A program made the position numbers and the translations under genes. From a candidate division FCPU426 bacterium (lineage in GTDB: Bacteria > Oederibacteriota > Muellerivitia > Muellerivitales > Muellerivitaceae): DNA of 64,000 bases. Position 1 is the first letter of the stretch, and each line of letters starts with the position of its first letter. Location: NCBI GenBank assembly GCA_963796105.1, contig CAWCKJ010000007.1, positions 96,001-160,000 of the forward strand, read 5' to 3'. Below, one piece after another: positions 19,445 to 29,169 of this stretch. Under the pieces are notes generated by a model that made no database searches, had not been told where the DNA came from, and saw only the letters and a program-made list of their open reading frames with translations.

Positions 19445-20899
19445 ATGTCCCCTGAATCCAAAAATGATTTAAGAACCCTTTGGCGGGAAGATAAAGAGGT
19501 GTTCGCCCTGATGGCCGCCGTGGCCGTGGTGTATTCGGTTCTGGGCATCCTGCGCCATCTCCATTTCCAATCCAGGGCCTGGGACCTTGGAAATTTCGAC
19601 CAGATGGTTTGGCATTACAGCCGGTTTGAAAAACCAGGGTGCAGTGATTTGGGGTTGGAAAATGGATTAGGAGACCATTTCAACCCCATTCTGGCCTTAT
19701 TCGCGCCGCTTTATTGGGTTTGGCCGCGGGTGGAAATGCTGTTGGCGGCCCAAGCTCTGTTGTTTTCTTCCGCCTTAATCCCCATTTTCCTTTTCACCGA
19801 AAGAAGAATGGGCCGCCGGTGCGCTTACCTTATATGCGCCTCCTTCTGTGTCTTTTGGGGGTGTCAAAATACCCTCCACGACGACTTTCACCCGGACATT
19901 TTCGCGGTTCCTGTGATCGCTTTCGCCTTGTATTTTCTCGACCTCGAGAAATGGGCTGGTTTTTTGGCTTCAATGGTTTTGCTTCTTTTGGTGAAAGAGG
20001 AATTGACCTTAGTGGTGGTTTTTTTCGGGGTTTACCTTGCCATCAACAAAAAAAAATTGTTCGGTTTCCTTGTCTTCGCGTTGGGAGCCGCCGCTTTTTA
20101 TCTCGAGGTTATGGTTTTAGTGCCTTATTTCCGCGGATCGGGAGGGGGCTATCCCCATTGGTTTTATCCCGGCCTCGGCCAACAACCTTCCGAATCGTTA
20201 ATGAACATTATGAAAAACCCGTCCCTTGTAATTGAAATCTTTTTATCACAACCCGCAAGGATTAAAGCGTTGCTGTTCCTGTTCGGTTCCTTCCTTTTCC
20301 TGCCTTTTTTCTCGAAAATTGTGGTTTTAACGCTGCCGTTGATCGCGGCAAACGGGTTATCTTCCCATCCGGGTCTTTGGAACCTGGATTCTTATTATTC
20401 CGCTTTTTTCTGTCCGCTTTTGACGCTTTCCGCCGCCGATGGGCTATTTAACTTATGGAACCACCCCTTCATAAAAAAACTTAAAATGGGTGACCCCGTC
20501 CGTCCCGCCTCTTTGTTGCTAGCCCTCAACATAGTCCTAGCATTCCTGCTTTCCCCCTGGGGGGACATTGTTCAGCCCGGATTTTGGAAACCCAACCCGG
20601 CGGAAAAAGCCTCCGCTTTGGCTTTCTCCTACATCCCCCCGGACGCATCCGTGATGACCCAAGACCGTATCGCCCCCCATCTTTCCCACCGGCGGGCCAT
20701 TTACACCTATAAAAATATCGGGGATTGCAACGCCAATGTTGATTTTTTCGTCGCTTGCCGGGATATTGACGCCTGGCCGAATTCTTTCGGCCAAGTCCAG
20801 ATGTGCTTAAGCCTCAAGGAAGGGCATGGATACCGGAAAATATTCGACAGCCAGGGCTGGGTGGTTTTAAGAAATGAGAATTATTCGGGCTTTCACTAA
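19445..20899 (+). CDS. DUF2079-like multi-pass membrane protein (putative GT-C glycosyltransferase)
   Basis: DLGNFDQ..W, GDHFNPIL, DFHPD, LLVKEE and PHLSHR motifs. Confidence 0.8.
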   Translation: MSPESKNDLRTLWREDKEVFALMAAVAVVYSVLGILRHLHFQSRAWDLGNFDQMVWHYSRFEKPGCSDLGLENGLGDHFNPILALFAPLYWVWPRVEMLLAAQALLFSSALIPIFLFTERRMGRRCAYLICASFCVFWGCQNTLHDDFHPDIFAVPVIAFALYFLDLEKWAGFLASMVLLLLVKEELTLVVVFFGVYLAINKKKLFGFLVFALGAAAFYLEVMVLVPYFRGSGGGYPHWFYPGLGQQPSESLMNIMKNPSLVIEIFLSQPARIKALLFLFGSFLFLPFFSKIVVLTLPLIAANGLSSHPGLWNLDSYYSAFFCPLLTLSAADGLFNLWNHPFIKKLKMGDPVRPASLLLALNIVLAFLLSPWGDIVQPGFWKPNPAEKASALAFSYIPPDASVMTQDRIAPHLSHRRAIYTYKNIGDCNANVDFFVACRDIDAWPNSFGQVQMCLSLKEGHGYRKIFDSQGWVVLRNENYSGFH

Positions 20900-21080
20900 G
20901 CACGATGTTTACACATATGACGATATATACAAATTATGTCGGATTTAGTGAAAGGATGACCACGATTTAGACATAAACACAAATAAACAACAAAAAAAGA
21001 CATCAACAAAAGGGTTAGTGGTTCGACTAGCTCAACAAAGGCTTTACCGAAGGAATCATATTGGGTGTACTTCCCTACCC

Positions 21081-21632
21081 GTAGGGTCGAGGACTGGCGA
21101 GGTGATGTGCAGGTTGATCCTTGGCTTGTTTCCCCGTTTCCTTCGCTCCGCGGACATTACTCCGCTTCTCCTGTCTGCCGAAGCTTCAGCGCAGGCAGAT
21201 AGCTACTTTTAACCCGTCCTACTCCCTCTTGCCTTCGACCGCCTTCCCGCGTTGCGTTATACGGCCTACCTTTTTCCAAGTATTTCTACTTGGGGCAAGG
21301 AGGGTCTCTCCAGTTGCTCAATGTGTCCTTGTCTTCATGCCGTGGCTAAGCACCCCGCCAGAGTGTTCCAGCGCATTGGCCATCTGGCCGCTGTTCCATG
21401 TTGCCTTCATCCCACGACGGAGGATTCGGCCTCTGGGGCTATTGTTTTCGGGGCCACCTATGCCTTCACTTGCGTTACGGCCTGACGACTCGCTCACCAT
21501 CCCGAAGATGGCTTTGTCGATGGGCTTCAGGCATTAAGTTTCCCGCTTGCCTGCCATCCTAGCTAATGGGCTTTGGCTATTACCCATGCAAGTCTACCTC
21601 TTGCTGAACACTCCTGCCTTTTCTGGACGCGC
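21081..21632 (-). mobile_element. Group II intron remnant, copy B (internal deletion removes ORF and domain V)
   Basis: Sense 5' end GCGCGTCCAGAAAAGGC and 3' end CCAGTCCTCGACCCTAC. Aligns with copy A except for a deletion joined near 21141. Confidence 0.85.
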
Positions 21633-22494
21633 GTAGGGTCGAGGACTGGCGCGGCGATGTGCAGGTAAACCCTTGGCTTGTTTCCCCGTTTCCGGTTCCG
21701 TGCCCGTTTAGGGTCTTCCATCATTCCGTTTCCAGCCCCCGCCACCTCGAACGCAACGTGCGGATTTCCCGCATTGCGCTCTCCTGTTGCTTTCGCGTCA
21801 AAGTTTATGGTGCTTATCGAAACCGGCAGTGCTTTCAAGTATGGTTCGCCTATGAACTTTCCCCTACTCCACCTGTCCCGGCTTTCTAAGCTTTCCCTTT
21901 AACGTATATCCCTCGTCTCAGGTCTTGCAGACTAATGGACGTCTTTTTCATACCGTCCCTGCCTCCCACTTTTGCCGAAAGATTTCACAACAGCAGGGTT
22001 ACTTCGCTCCACGGACATTACTCCGCTTCTCCTGTCTGCCAAAGCTTCAGCGCAGGCAGATAGCTACTTTTAACCCGTCCTACTCCCTCTTGCCTTCGAC
22101 CGCTTTCCCGTTTTTCGGTTATACGGCCTACCCTTTTCCAAGTATTTCTACCTGGGGCAAGGAGGGTCTCTCCAGTTGCTCAATGTGTCCTTGTCCTCAT
22201 GCCGTGGCTAAGCACCCCGCCAGAGTGTTCCAGCGCATTGGCCATCTTGCAGCTGTTCCATGTTGCCTTCATCCCACGACGGAGGATTCGGCCTCTGGGG
22301 CTATTGTTTTCGGGGCCACCTATGCCTTTACTTTCGTTACGGCCTGACGACTCGCTCACCATCCCGAGGATGGCTTTGTCGATGGGCTTCAGGCAGTCGG
22401 TTTCCCTCCTGCCTGCCATCCTAGCTAATGGGTTTTGGCTATTACCCATGCAAGTCTACCTCTTGCTGAACACACCGGCCTTTTCTGGACGCGC
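21633..22494 (-). mobile_element. Group II intron, copy A: ribozyme domains present, RT/maturase ORF almost wholly deleted
   Basis: Domain V GAGCGCAATGCGGGAAATCCGCACGTTGCGTTC (21749-21781; AGC triad, AC bulge), domain VI ending ACCCTAC, residual ORF start MKKTSISLQDLRRGIYVKGKA* (ATG 21951) and residual end RWSR...KALP. Confidence 0.9.
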
Positions 22495-22506
22495 CGTCGT
22501 GGACAA
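22495..22506. repeat. Hairpin repeat R0 (half site; 5' exon of the intron)
   Basis: CGTCGTGGACAA is the right arm of the consensus and abuts the intron 5' end. Confidence 0.85.
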
Positions 22507-22551
22507 CCCGAACCCTAAAATATCGAGACTGCTGTGGTCACAGTTTTGGTT

Positions 22552-23520
22552 CTACTTTTGATTCCCGATTTTGGCGTCAACTCCAGATACTTCTACAACC
22601 GCCTTCCAAAGGGCGTCCTGATTTGCGCGGTCATGGAGGTGTTCATGGCGCATGATCTCAATGGGACCCGTCATCTTTTTTGGAGGCGAGCAAAAGAACT
22701 TGCCAGAAACATCGACGCCAAACTTCGAGGCGGCGAGATACCTTTTGGCCCCTTCATCGACGGAATGTGACATTCCGGGAATAAGTTTCGAAATCCGCAC
22801 AAATACGTTCTTCATAAGAAAACCTAGATTGCGAGGCGCCAGGGTATCTGGAGCGGCCCCGGGTGAAACCGCGTATACGGCCATGTCCGCAGGAAGCTTT
22901 CGAGCAAGGGCCGCGACCCACCACGCGACAAATATTTTAGCGTCAGAGTAAGCCGTGCTAGCCTTGTATTTTACATTCGGGGAGCTGCGCAAAATCGCTT
23001 CTATGGCTGAAACCCGGTCGCCTTTGTACTCTTTCGCGGCGAATGCCGCCAAGTCGGTAAATTGAAACATGGGTACATCACCTCGCGCAGGTTCCGCGCC
23101 GGCAATAACAATACGAGCATCCGGCGCCAGAAGTCCGGCACCTAAAAGTCCCATCGTTAACTGGTGATGGCCGATCAACGGCGCTTGCGAAGCCTCAATG
23201 TTCTCGCTTGTCACAACACGTTCTTTGCCTGGCATCATACCAGCGTTGAGAAGGAGAAAATCTATGGGTTCGCCTCCCGCTCCCTTAACTAGCTCGGCGA
23301 CCGCCTTCTTCACGCTTGCAAACGAATCTAGGTCGAGGGCAAGACCGGTGATGTTTTGTGTTCCGGCATCGATCTTTAACCTGCTAACCGCTTCATCCAC
23401 CTGGGGCCGGCTACGTCCAGTGACTATAACCTGACTCCAACCATCCATGGCAAGTTGCTTGGCTGCCGAGTATCCTAAGCCAGACGTAGCGCCGGTAACG
23501 AGTGCGACAGGCTTTTTCAT
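22552..23520 (-). CDS. Short-chain dehydrogenase/reductase
   Basis: TGATSGLG, LNAG and YSDAK motifs. Confidence 0.9.
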   Translation of the reverse strand: MKKPVALVTGATSGLGYSAAKQLAMDGWSQVIVTGRSRPQVDEAVSRLKIDAGTQNITGLALDLDSFASVKKAVAELVKGAGGEPIDFLLLNAGMMPGKERVVTSENIEASQAPLIGHHQLTMGLLGAGLLAPDARIVIAGAEPARGDVPMFQFTDLAAFAAKEYKGDRVSAIEAILRSSPNVKYKASTAYSDAKIFVAWWVAALARKLPADMAVYAVSPGAAPDTLAPRNLGFLMKNVFVRISKLIPGMSHSVDEGAKRYLAASKFGVDVSGKFFCSPPKKMTGPIEIMRHEHLHDRANQDALWKAVVEVSGVDAKIGNQK

Positions 23521-23569
23521 AGTTTGTCTCCTAAGTCTAACATTGTGGGAAATAGAACCATTTAATTAT

Positions 23570-23629
23570 TGTAGTATACGCTACAGAATGACCCAACTAC
23601 TGTCAAGTGATATTGTTGCGGTTGCTACA
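23570..23629. promoter_or_regulatory. Two candidate TetR operators between the divergent SDR and TetR genes
   Basis: TGTAG-N6-CTACA (23570-23585) and TGTTG-N6-CTACA (23614-23629). Confidence 0.6.
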
Positions 23630-23669
23630 AATAGATTGTCCGAAGTGTTTCGTATGGGTAAAATGAAGC

Positions 23670-24257
23670 ATGAGTCGAAAAATAGAATTTAATTACGATA
23701 ACGCGGTGGATCAAGCGATGCGGGTTTTCTGGGGTGAGGGATACTCTGGCGCATCATTAAAAGACCTTCTCAAGGCGATGAAAATTGGGGAAGGCTCCTT
23801 CTACAATACCGTCAAAAGCAAAAAACAACTCTACATCGAATGCTTGAATCGATATGGAGAGGTCGAAGGTAATAAAAGAATTTTGGCTCTAACATCAGCC
23901 CCGAATGCGCGTCTCGGACTTCGGGCTATGCTAAGCGCAATGTTCGATTGTCTCGATGATCCGAAGAATCCTTCATCTCTTTGCATGATTGCGGCAATGA
24001 TTTCCAATGATGTCATGGCTGATAGCGAATTAAAGAAAGCTGCTATTGCCAGGGTCAATCAAGGCAAAAAGTTAATTGAAGATAAGATTGATGAAGACAA
24101 AAAAGCTGGGCGTCTTCCTAAAAGCTATGACTCACATACAGTTGCTGATGTCATAGTTACTTACTTCCAGGGCATTTGGCGTATGGCCATGATTTCATAC
24201 AAACGGGAAAAGTTCGAGCGCGAATCAGAAGCATTTCTTCAAGGATTGGGCCTTTAG
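23670..24257 (+). CDS. TetR/AcrR-family regulator
   Basis: AMRVFW..GYSGASLKDLLKAMKIGEGSFYN...SK N-terminal HTH. Confidence 0.9.
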   Translation: MSRKIEFNYDNAVDQAMRVFWGEGYSGASLKDLLKAMKIGEGSFYNTVKSKKQLYIECLNRYGEVEGNKRILALTSAPNARLGLRAMLSAMFDCLDDPKNPSSLCMIAAMISNDVMADSELKKAAIARVNQGKKLIEDKIDEDKKAGRLPKSYDSHTVADVIVTYFQGIWRMAMISYKREKFERESEAFLQGLGL

Positions 24258-24354
24258 CTTTAGAATTTCCGAATCACACTGATACTCCAACTTCCAAGTC
24301 ACTGACACTTCGCCCGAAGTGAAACAAGAAAATTAGTACAAAAAGGTCTTTTTT

Positions 24355-24386
24355 CTTGTCCACGAAGGGTCCCCGTCGTGGACAAG
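24355..24386. repeat. Hairpin repeat R1
   Basis: CTTGTCCACGAAGGGTCCCCGTCGTGGACAAG. Confidence 0.92.
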
Positions 24387-24513
24387 CTTTCGGTCAAAAG
24401 CGTCACCAAGAACGCCATGTTAAAATTCGCGGCCAAAATTTTCCACACTGACTGTTTTTCAAAAGAACCAATCGCTCACCCTGCCCAATTTGGCCTTCCG
24501 GGCATGCGCCGGT

Positions 24514-25509
24514 CTAATTTTTTGATAGAATTTCCAACAATTGGGTTCGGTATTCCGGATCTTTCATGGTTTTTACTTCTCTTTCATCCATCAATTGTCT
24601 CAGCCAACATTTTTGATAAGGCTGACCGTTTTTCGCCATGGTTTTCAATTTTTCAAAAAAGTCCCTTATCACTGTTGGATAATCGAGGCCGGTACTCGCA
24701 ATAGCCCGATGTTTGGCAAAAGTTTTGTTTTTTGTATTTAAGTTTGGGTTTCGAAGGTCATAAGTGAAAACAAGTTCGTCTGTGAATAACAATCCGGTTC
24801 CCTTCTTTGGCTTCTCTGGTAAATGGCAGTTGAGCCTGTTGTAATAACCTATATAGAAATTAAATTTTACTGTGAATTGGAGTTGGTCTTTTATTTGCTT
24901 GATATTTGAGCTGTAATCAAAGTCGTCGTCTCCTACCGAAACACTCCCTTCCAGTGGCAGCTCGCCGATTTCCTGATATTTGCCGTTTATAATTTTAAAA
25001 ACATCATAGTCGTAAGATTCGACACCGCTTCCACCATCTGTTTGAACTCCGAGCAAAACAAATAAGTTCGGCGGGCTATCCACAATCATTGGTTTAATTG
25101 CCTTGTATTTTGCGAGTTCGGTAACCATTCCAAGATACGACATTTTTCCCTGTTCTAAAATAAATAGGCCGGTGCAATTATTGCCATTCCCATTAACTGA
25201 AATCGTCAATAAGGTTCTTCCATCATTTATTTTGGAGGCCACAATAACTGGCGTTGTTTCAGCTAATTCTTTGGCGTCGGTCTCTAACTTATCTCCTTCT
25301 GAAAGGAATTGAGGAAGCAAATCGGAAAAGAATTTGTCCCGTCCTTCTCCGTTCACGTGATATTCGTTCAAAATCTCCAATAATTTTCCCCTGGGGGTTT
25401 TCCAATCCATCTTTTCACCAAGGCTTATAGAGGGGATAAGGCAGAGGACAATGAACCACGACAGAAAAAGTTGTCCGGGGACTATTTTGGTTTCTTGTCC
25501 ATTTTTCAT
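24514..25509 (-). CDS. Hypothetical exported protein
   Basis: AGGAG RBS before ATG 25509; hydrophobic signal; visibly AT-rich. Confidence 0.7.
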   Translation of the reverse strand: MKNGQETKIVPGQLFLSWFIVLCLIPSISLGEKMDWKTPRGKLLEILNEYHVNGEGRDKFFSDLLPQFLSEGDKLETDAKELAETTPVIVASKINDGRTLLTISVNGNGNNCTGLFILEQGKMSYLGMVTELAKYKAIKPMIVDSPPNLFVLLGVQTDGGSGVESYDYDVFKIINGKYQEIGELPLEGSVSVGDDDFDYSSNIKQIKDQLQFTVKFNFYIGYYNRLNCHLPEKPKKGTGLLFTDELVFTYDLRNPNLNTKNKTFAKHRAIASTGLDYPTVIRDFFEKLKTMAKNGQPYQKCWLRQLMDEREVKTMKDPEYRTQLLEILSKN

Positions 25510-25532
25510 ACTATTCTCCTGCAAGAAAACTT

Positions 25533-25603
25533 TTGTCCACGGCGCGGGCACTTCATGGACAACCCTTTTTCCCTCTCCACTCTGGGTCCCCGTCGTGGAC
25601 AAG
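25533..25603. repeat. Hairpin repeats R2a (inverted, 25533-25562) and R2b (25576-25603)
   Basis: TTGTCCACGGCGCGGGCACTTCATGGACAA and TCCACTCTGGGTCCCCGTCGTGGACAAG. Confidence 0.85.
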
Positions 25604-25649
25604 GAAGAATGTTAATTTCCTATGATTGAATTGTTTACAACGCTAGGAT

Positions 25650-25682
25650 AAAAATCGGGCAGGCAATTTAAGCCCGCCCGAT
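25650..25682 (-). terminator. Candidate intrinsic terminator after dipZ
   Basis: ATCGGGCAGGC / GCCCGCCCGAT stem with an adjacent A run (U run on the minus strand). Confidence 0.55.
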
Positions 25683-25730
25683 CACTTAGAAGATTAAGCT
25701 TGAACACATCGAGCAAAGGTCAAAACCAAA

Positions 25731-27461
25731 TCATCCGAAAGTAAAGGCATAGACGGAGGTACCTGCGTTTTGGAATTCGATACGCAGGCGATGGGAGCCG
25801 GGCTTTCCCTTTAAGTCCGCCAGGTTATAAAGCCGCTGGGTGTCCAGTGTCACCTTTCCATCCTTCACATCCGCTCCTCCCTCGCCGCCAATGGCTTTTC
25901 CATCAAGGAAAAGGGAGACCTGGTCGCCCTTGTTCGCCGGGCCGATCACCAGATACACCTTGTCCGCCGTGAATTGAATCTCAAGGGCCGAGCCCTGATC
26001 CGGCTTGGCCGCCTCGCCCGTAAGCATCCAACCGCCCTCGTAGCCGATCTGGTGGGACTTCAGGGACTTCGGCAGGGAATAAACCTGCTTCCCGGCGACG
26101 GGTTTTTGCGGCGAGACGAAACGCTCCAATCGGTTCAACCCCAAATAAGATTCGGGGGTCTGGTCGTAATCCTCAGATGGGGCCTGCGCCAGGGTAGCGG
26201 CCCCTTCCACGGGATGGCCGGCCTCAGCCAGCAGCTTTCTGATGGCGGCGTCCATCTCCTCGTAATGGCCCTCGCTGAAATGAGCCAGACGGATATGACC
26301 CTTGTCGTCGATCAGGTACTCGGCGGGCCAGTACATATTTTGGTAGGCGTTCCAGGTTTTAAAGTCGTTGTCCTGGGGGACAGGATAGGTGATCTCGAAC
26401 TGTTTCAGGGCTTTTTGGACGTTGGCGGTTTCCTTCTCAAAGGCAAACTCGGGCGCGTGGACCCCCACTAGGACGAAATGGTCCGGACCGTATTTTTGAT
26501 ACCAGGCCTTGGTGTTGGGAAGGGTCCGGAGACAGTTGATGCAACTGTAGGTCCAAAAGTCAACCAAAACCACCTTTCCCCTCAACCCCGCCAGTGTTAG
26601 GGGAGGGCTGTTGAGCCAGTTCGTGATGCCGGCGAACTCTGGCGCCGGGCCCATGTCCGCAAGTTCCCCCCCATTTCTGCGCTTTCCTGGCGGGATTTCC
26701 TTCCCCTCAGGGTATCCAACTGCTCGCTGACGATCTTGTTGTTTTCAACCCCATTGACCAGGCTCCCATAGGAAGGAAAAGCCTCCAGGATCTTCAGCTG
26801 AATGGTCTTATCGTAATTGGTGTAAATGAGAAGGGCCACGCCGATCATGATGACGCCGAAGACCTGCTGGATGCGGCCCGTGTACTTGTTTAACTTGCGC
26901 ATCCGGGCGAAGAGGAAAGAACCCCCCAGGGAGACCAGGAACAGCGGTATCCCCAACCCCACCGCGTAGGCGAGGGTCACCAGTACCACCTGAAGATTGA
27001 CCGATTGGGTGGCGGCTAAGGTGGCGATGGTGGCCAGGATCGGTCCGGCGCAGGGCGCCCAGACCAAGCCGATGGAAAAACCCGCCACGTAGCCAGCGCC
27101 GAATCCCGTCCCTTCGCCCTTCCCCTGAAGGCGGTTTTGCAGGGGCTGAAGAACCTGGTTAATCCAGGTCTCGAACTTCGCGCCCAGGGAGGGGAATAAA
27201 AGGGCCACACCCAAAAGGCCGATGACAATGACCGCGACTAGTCTGAAGACATTGGCGTCAATGTGGAGGAAACGCTCTAGGTAGGACACAAACAGCGTGA
27301 AAAGGGTGAAGCTGGTCATGACCCCCAGGGTCAGGCCGAAGGGTTTTTCCCTTTCCCCCGGTTGAGGAGACAGAAAGCACCAGGGGCAGAAGGGGCCAAA
27401 TGCAGGGGGCGAGGATGGTGGCGAAGCCAGCCAGGAAGCTGAAGAAGAGAAGGAAAAGCAT
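25731..27461 (-). CDS. dipZ: DipZ-type protein (CcdA membrane domain, thioredoxin, C-terminal domain); two apparent frameshifts
   Basis: LAPCIWPLLP, GLVWAPCAGPIL, DFWTYSCINC, TPESYLG. Frame changes in an A5 run (about 27346) and a G7 run (about 26669), both minus strand. Confidence 0.85.
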
Positions 27462-27562
27462 GGGAACCCCTTTCGGTGGATTTGTTGACTTAAACTACAA
27501 CGAATCACCCTGAAAATTTACGGAAACCCCTTCCATCAACACCTCTTTTTGCGTGAACCCCA

Positions 27563-28225
27563 TCAAGGGTGTTGGTGAATGGCTTCTTGCGCCACCTTCA
27601 ACAATTCATCCGTATCAACCCGCACTTTAATGTCTGGGTTGAAATAAACGTAATGAATAATCCCTTTTTGATCGACGACATAAGCGGCCGGGACCGGAAG
27701 CAGGTGGAGCTGGTTCCCCGTTGCCGAATCCAGGTCCACGCCGAAACTTTTCATTTTGGCCAGGGTTTCCGGGTTGAGCCGGTAGGCCAGGTGAAATTTC
27801 CGGGTCAATTCCATGGAACGGTCCGAAAGGAGGGTGTAGTTGATCTGGTGCTTGTCCAGGCTTTCCTTAAGTTTTTCCGGCTTATCCGGGCTTATGGCCA
27901 GCATCTGGTATCCCATTTCTAGGAGTTTTGGCTCGATCTTCACCAACTGGCCCATTTGAAGGTTGCAATAGGGGCACCATCCGCCTCGGTAAAAGATCAG
28001 CACCGTCGGCTTTTTCAGGATTTCGGACTTAAAATGAAAATCTTTCCCGTCCAGGGTTTTTAAAATCCCGTCAGGTATGGAATCCCCTGATTTAAGTGGG
28101 TGGACATCTTCGGCTTTGTCCGCTACGAATTTGTTCATGGGTGCGGCCACGACACCCCCCCTTGAAGCAACCATCGAAAGGCAAAAAAAGCTTACGAATA
28201 AAAACGCCCCTATTTTCACTCTCAT
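27563..28225 (-). CDS. Exported peroxiredoxin-like (AhpC/TSA) protein
   Basis: FYRGGWCPYC and LPVPAAYVVD motifs; signal peptide. Confidence 0.88.
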   Translation of the reverse strand: MRVKIGAFLFVSFFCLSMVASRGGVVAAPMNKFVADKAEDVHPLKSGDSIPDGILKTLDGKDFHFKSEILKKPTVLIFYRGGWCPYCNLQMGQLVKIEPKLLEMGYQMLAISPDKPEKLKESLDKHQINYTLLSDRSMELTRKFHLAYRLNPETLAKMKSFGVDLDSATGNQLHLLPVPAAYVVDQKGIIHYVYFNPDIKVRVDTDELLKVAQEAIHQHP

Positions 28226-28460
28226 ATCCTCCGTTGACTATTGGTTGAACGGAATATTAAAAATCCAAAAAGGGCCTTATGACCCATCTCTTGGTAGGCG
28301 AAAGGAGAAAATCGAACGGCAGGAAGTCAACTAGGCATTGAAATTGCCGCCAGTTCTTTTTCGGCGCCCCAAAAGCTTTTTTCCGCCTCCCGTGGTGCCC
28401 TTTCCCTTCGAGGGCCCAGGGCCCTGAGCACCCTTGAAGGTGTGGTTCAACTTTCCTTTT

Positions 28461-28985
28461 TTACGGTTTCTTTTCGGACACGAACCGCACTGCGGCGGAG
28501 TTTATGCAATACCTCAGGCCCGTGGGTAGCGGCCCGTCGTCGAAAACATGGCCCAGGTGCCCCCCACAGCGGGGGCAATGGACCTCCGTCCGGTCCATGC
28601 CCAAGGAAGAATCGGTTTGGGAGGCCACGTTTTCCGGATAGAGGGGCTTATAAAAACTGGGCCACCCGGTTCCAGACTCGAACTTGGTGCCGGAGGAGAA
28701 AAGCTCCAGGCCGCACCCGGCGCACACATAGACCCCCTTCGCATGGTTGTCCCAATAGGCGCCGGAAAAGGCGGCTTCCGTTCCCCCTTGTCGAAGGACA
28801 TCGAACTGTTCGGGATTGAGGATTTTCTTCCATTCGGAGTCGGTCTTAACGACCTTGTCACCCCTGTATTTTCCTTTATAACATTCTTTCTCCTTGTGGA
28901 CCGCCGAATCTTTCGCGAACACGGCATAGGATAGGGCGGATAACACGAAGAGAATTCCCAATAACAATCCCATCATTTTTCTCAT
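28461..28985 (-). CDS. msrB: Exported peptide methionine (R)-sulfoxide reductase
   Basis: [22 protein letters not shown] and RYCINS; two CxxC; signal peptide. Confidence 0.95.
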   Translation of the reverse strand: MRKMMGLLLGILFVLSALSYAVFAKDSAVHKEKECYKGKYRGDKVVKTDSEWKKILNPEQFDVLRQGGTEAAFSGAYWDNHAKGVYVCAGCGLELFSSGTKFESGTGWPSFYKPLYPENVASQTDSSLGMDRTEVHCPRCGGHLGHVFDDGPLPTGLRYCINSAAVRFVSEKKP

Positions 28986-29030
28986 GGCAAGCTTTTTAGG
29001 TGGTAAATTTCTTTCCCCTCTTTACAAGAA

Positions 29031-29056
29031 TACGGCTCAGGGCAGGATAAGGTTAC
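29031..29056 (-). promoter_or_regulatory. Candidate ECF sigma promoter for msrB
   Basis: GTAACC-N16-CGTA on the minus strand, about 45 nt upstream of the start. Confidence 0.4.
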
Positions 29057-29169
29057 CCTGCCATCGGTTACATCTTTTGGGTCGTCTGGGTCAAGAACAC
29101 CCAAGGAAATCCGGGGGTCCCGGGAACCAAAATAATATACATAATCCTTTTGTTGAGGCCGTATCTGTT

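Noticed and set aside
21018..22561. Short ORFs over the intron region
   Set aside because: They overlap the intron RNA sequence; only the small RT remnants are meaningful.
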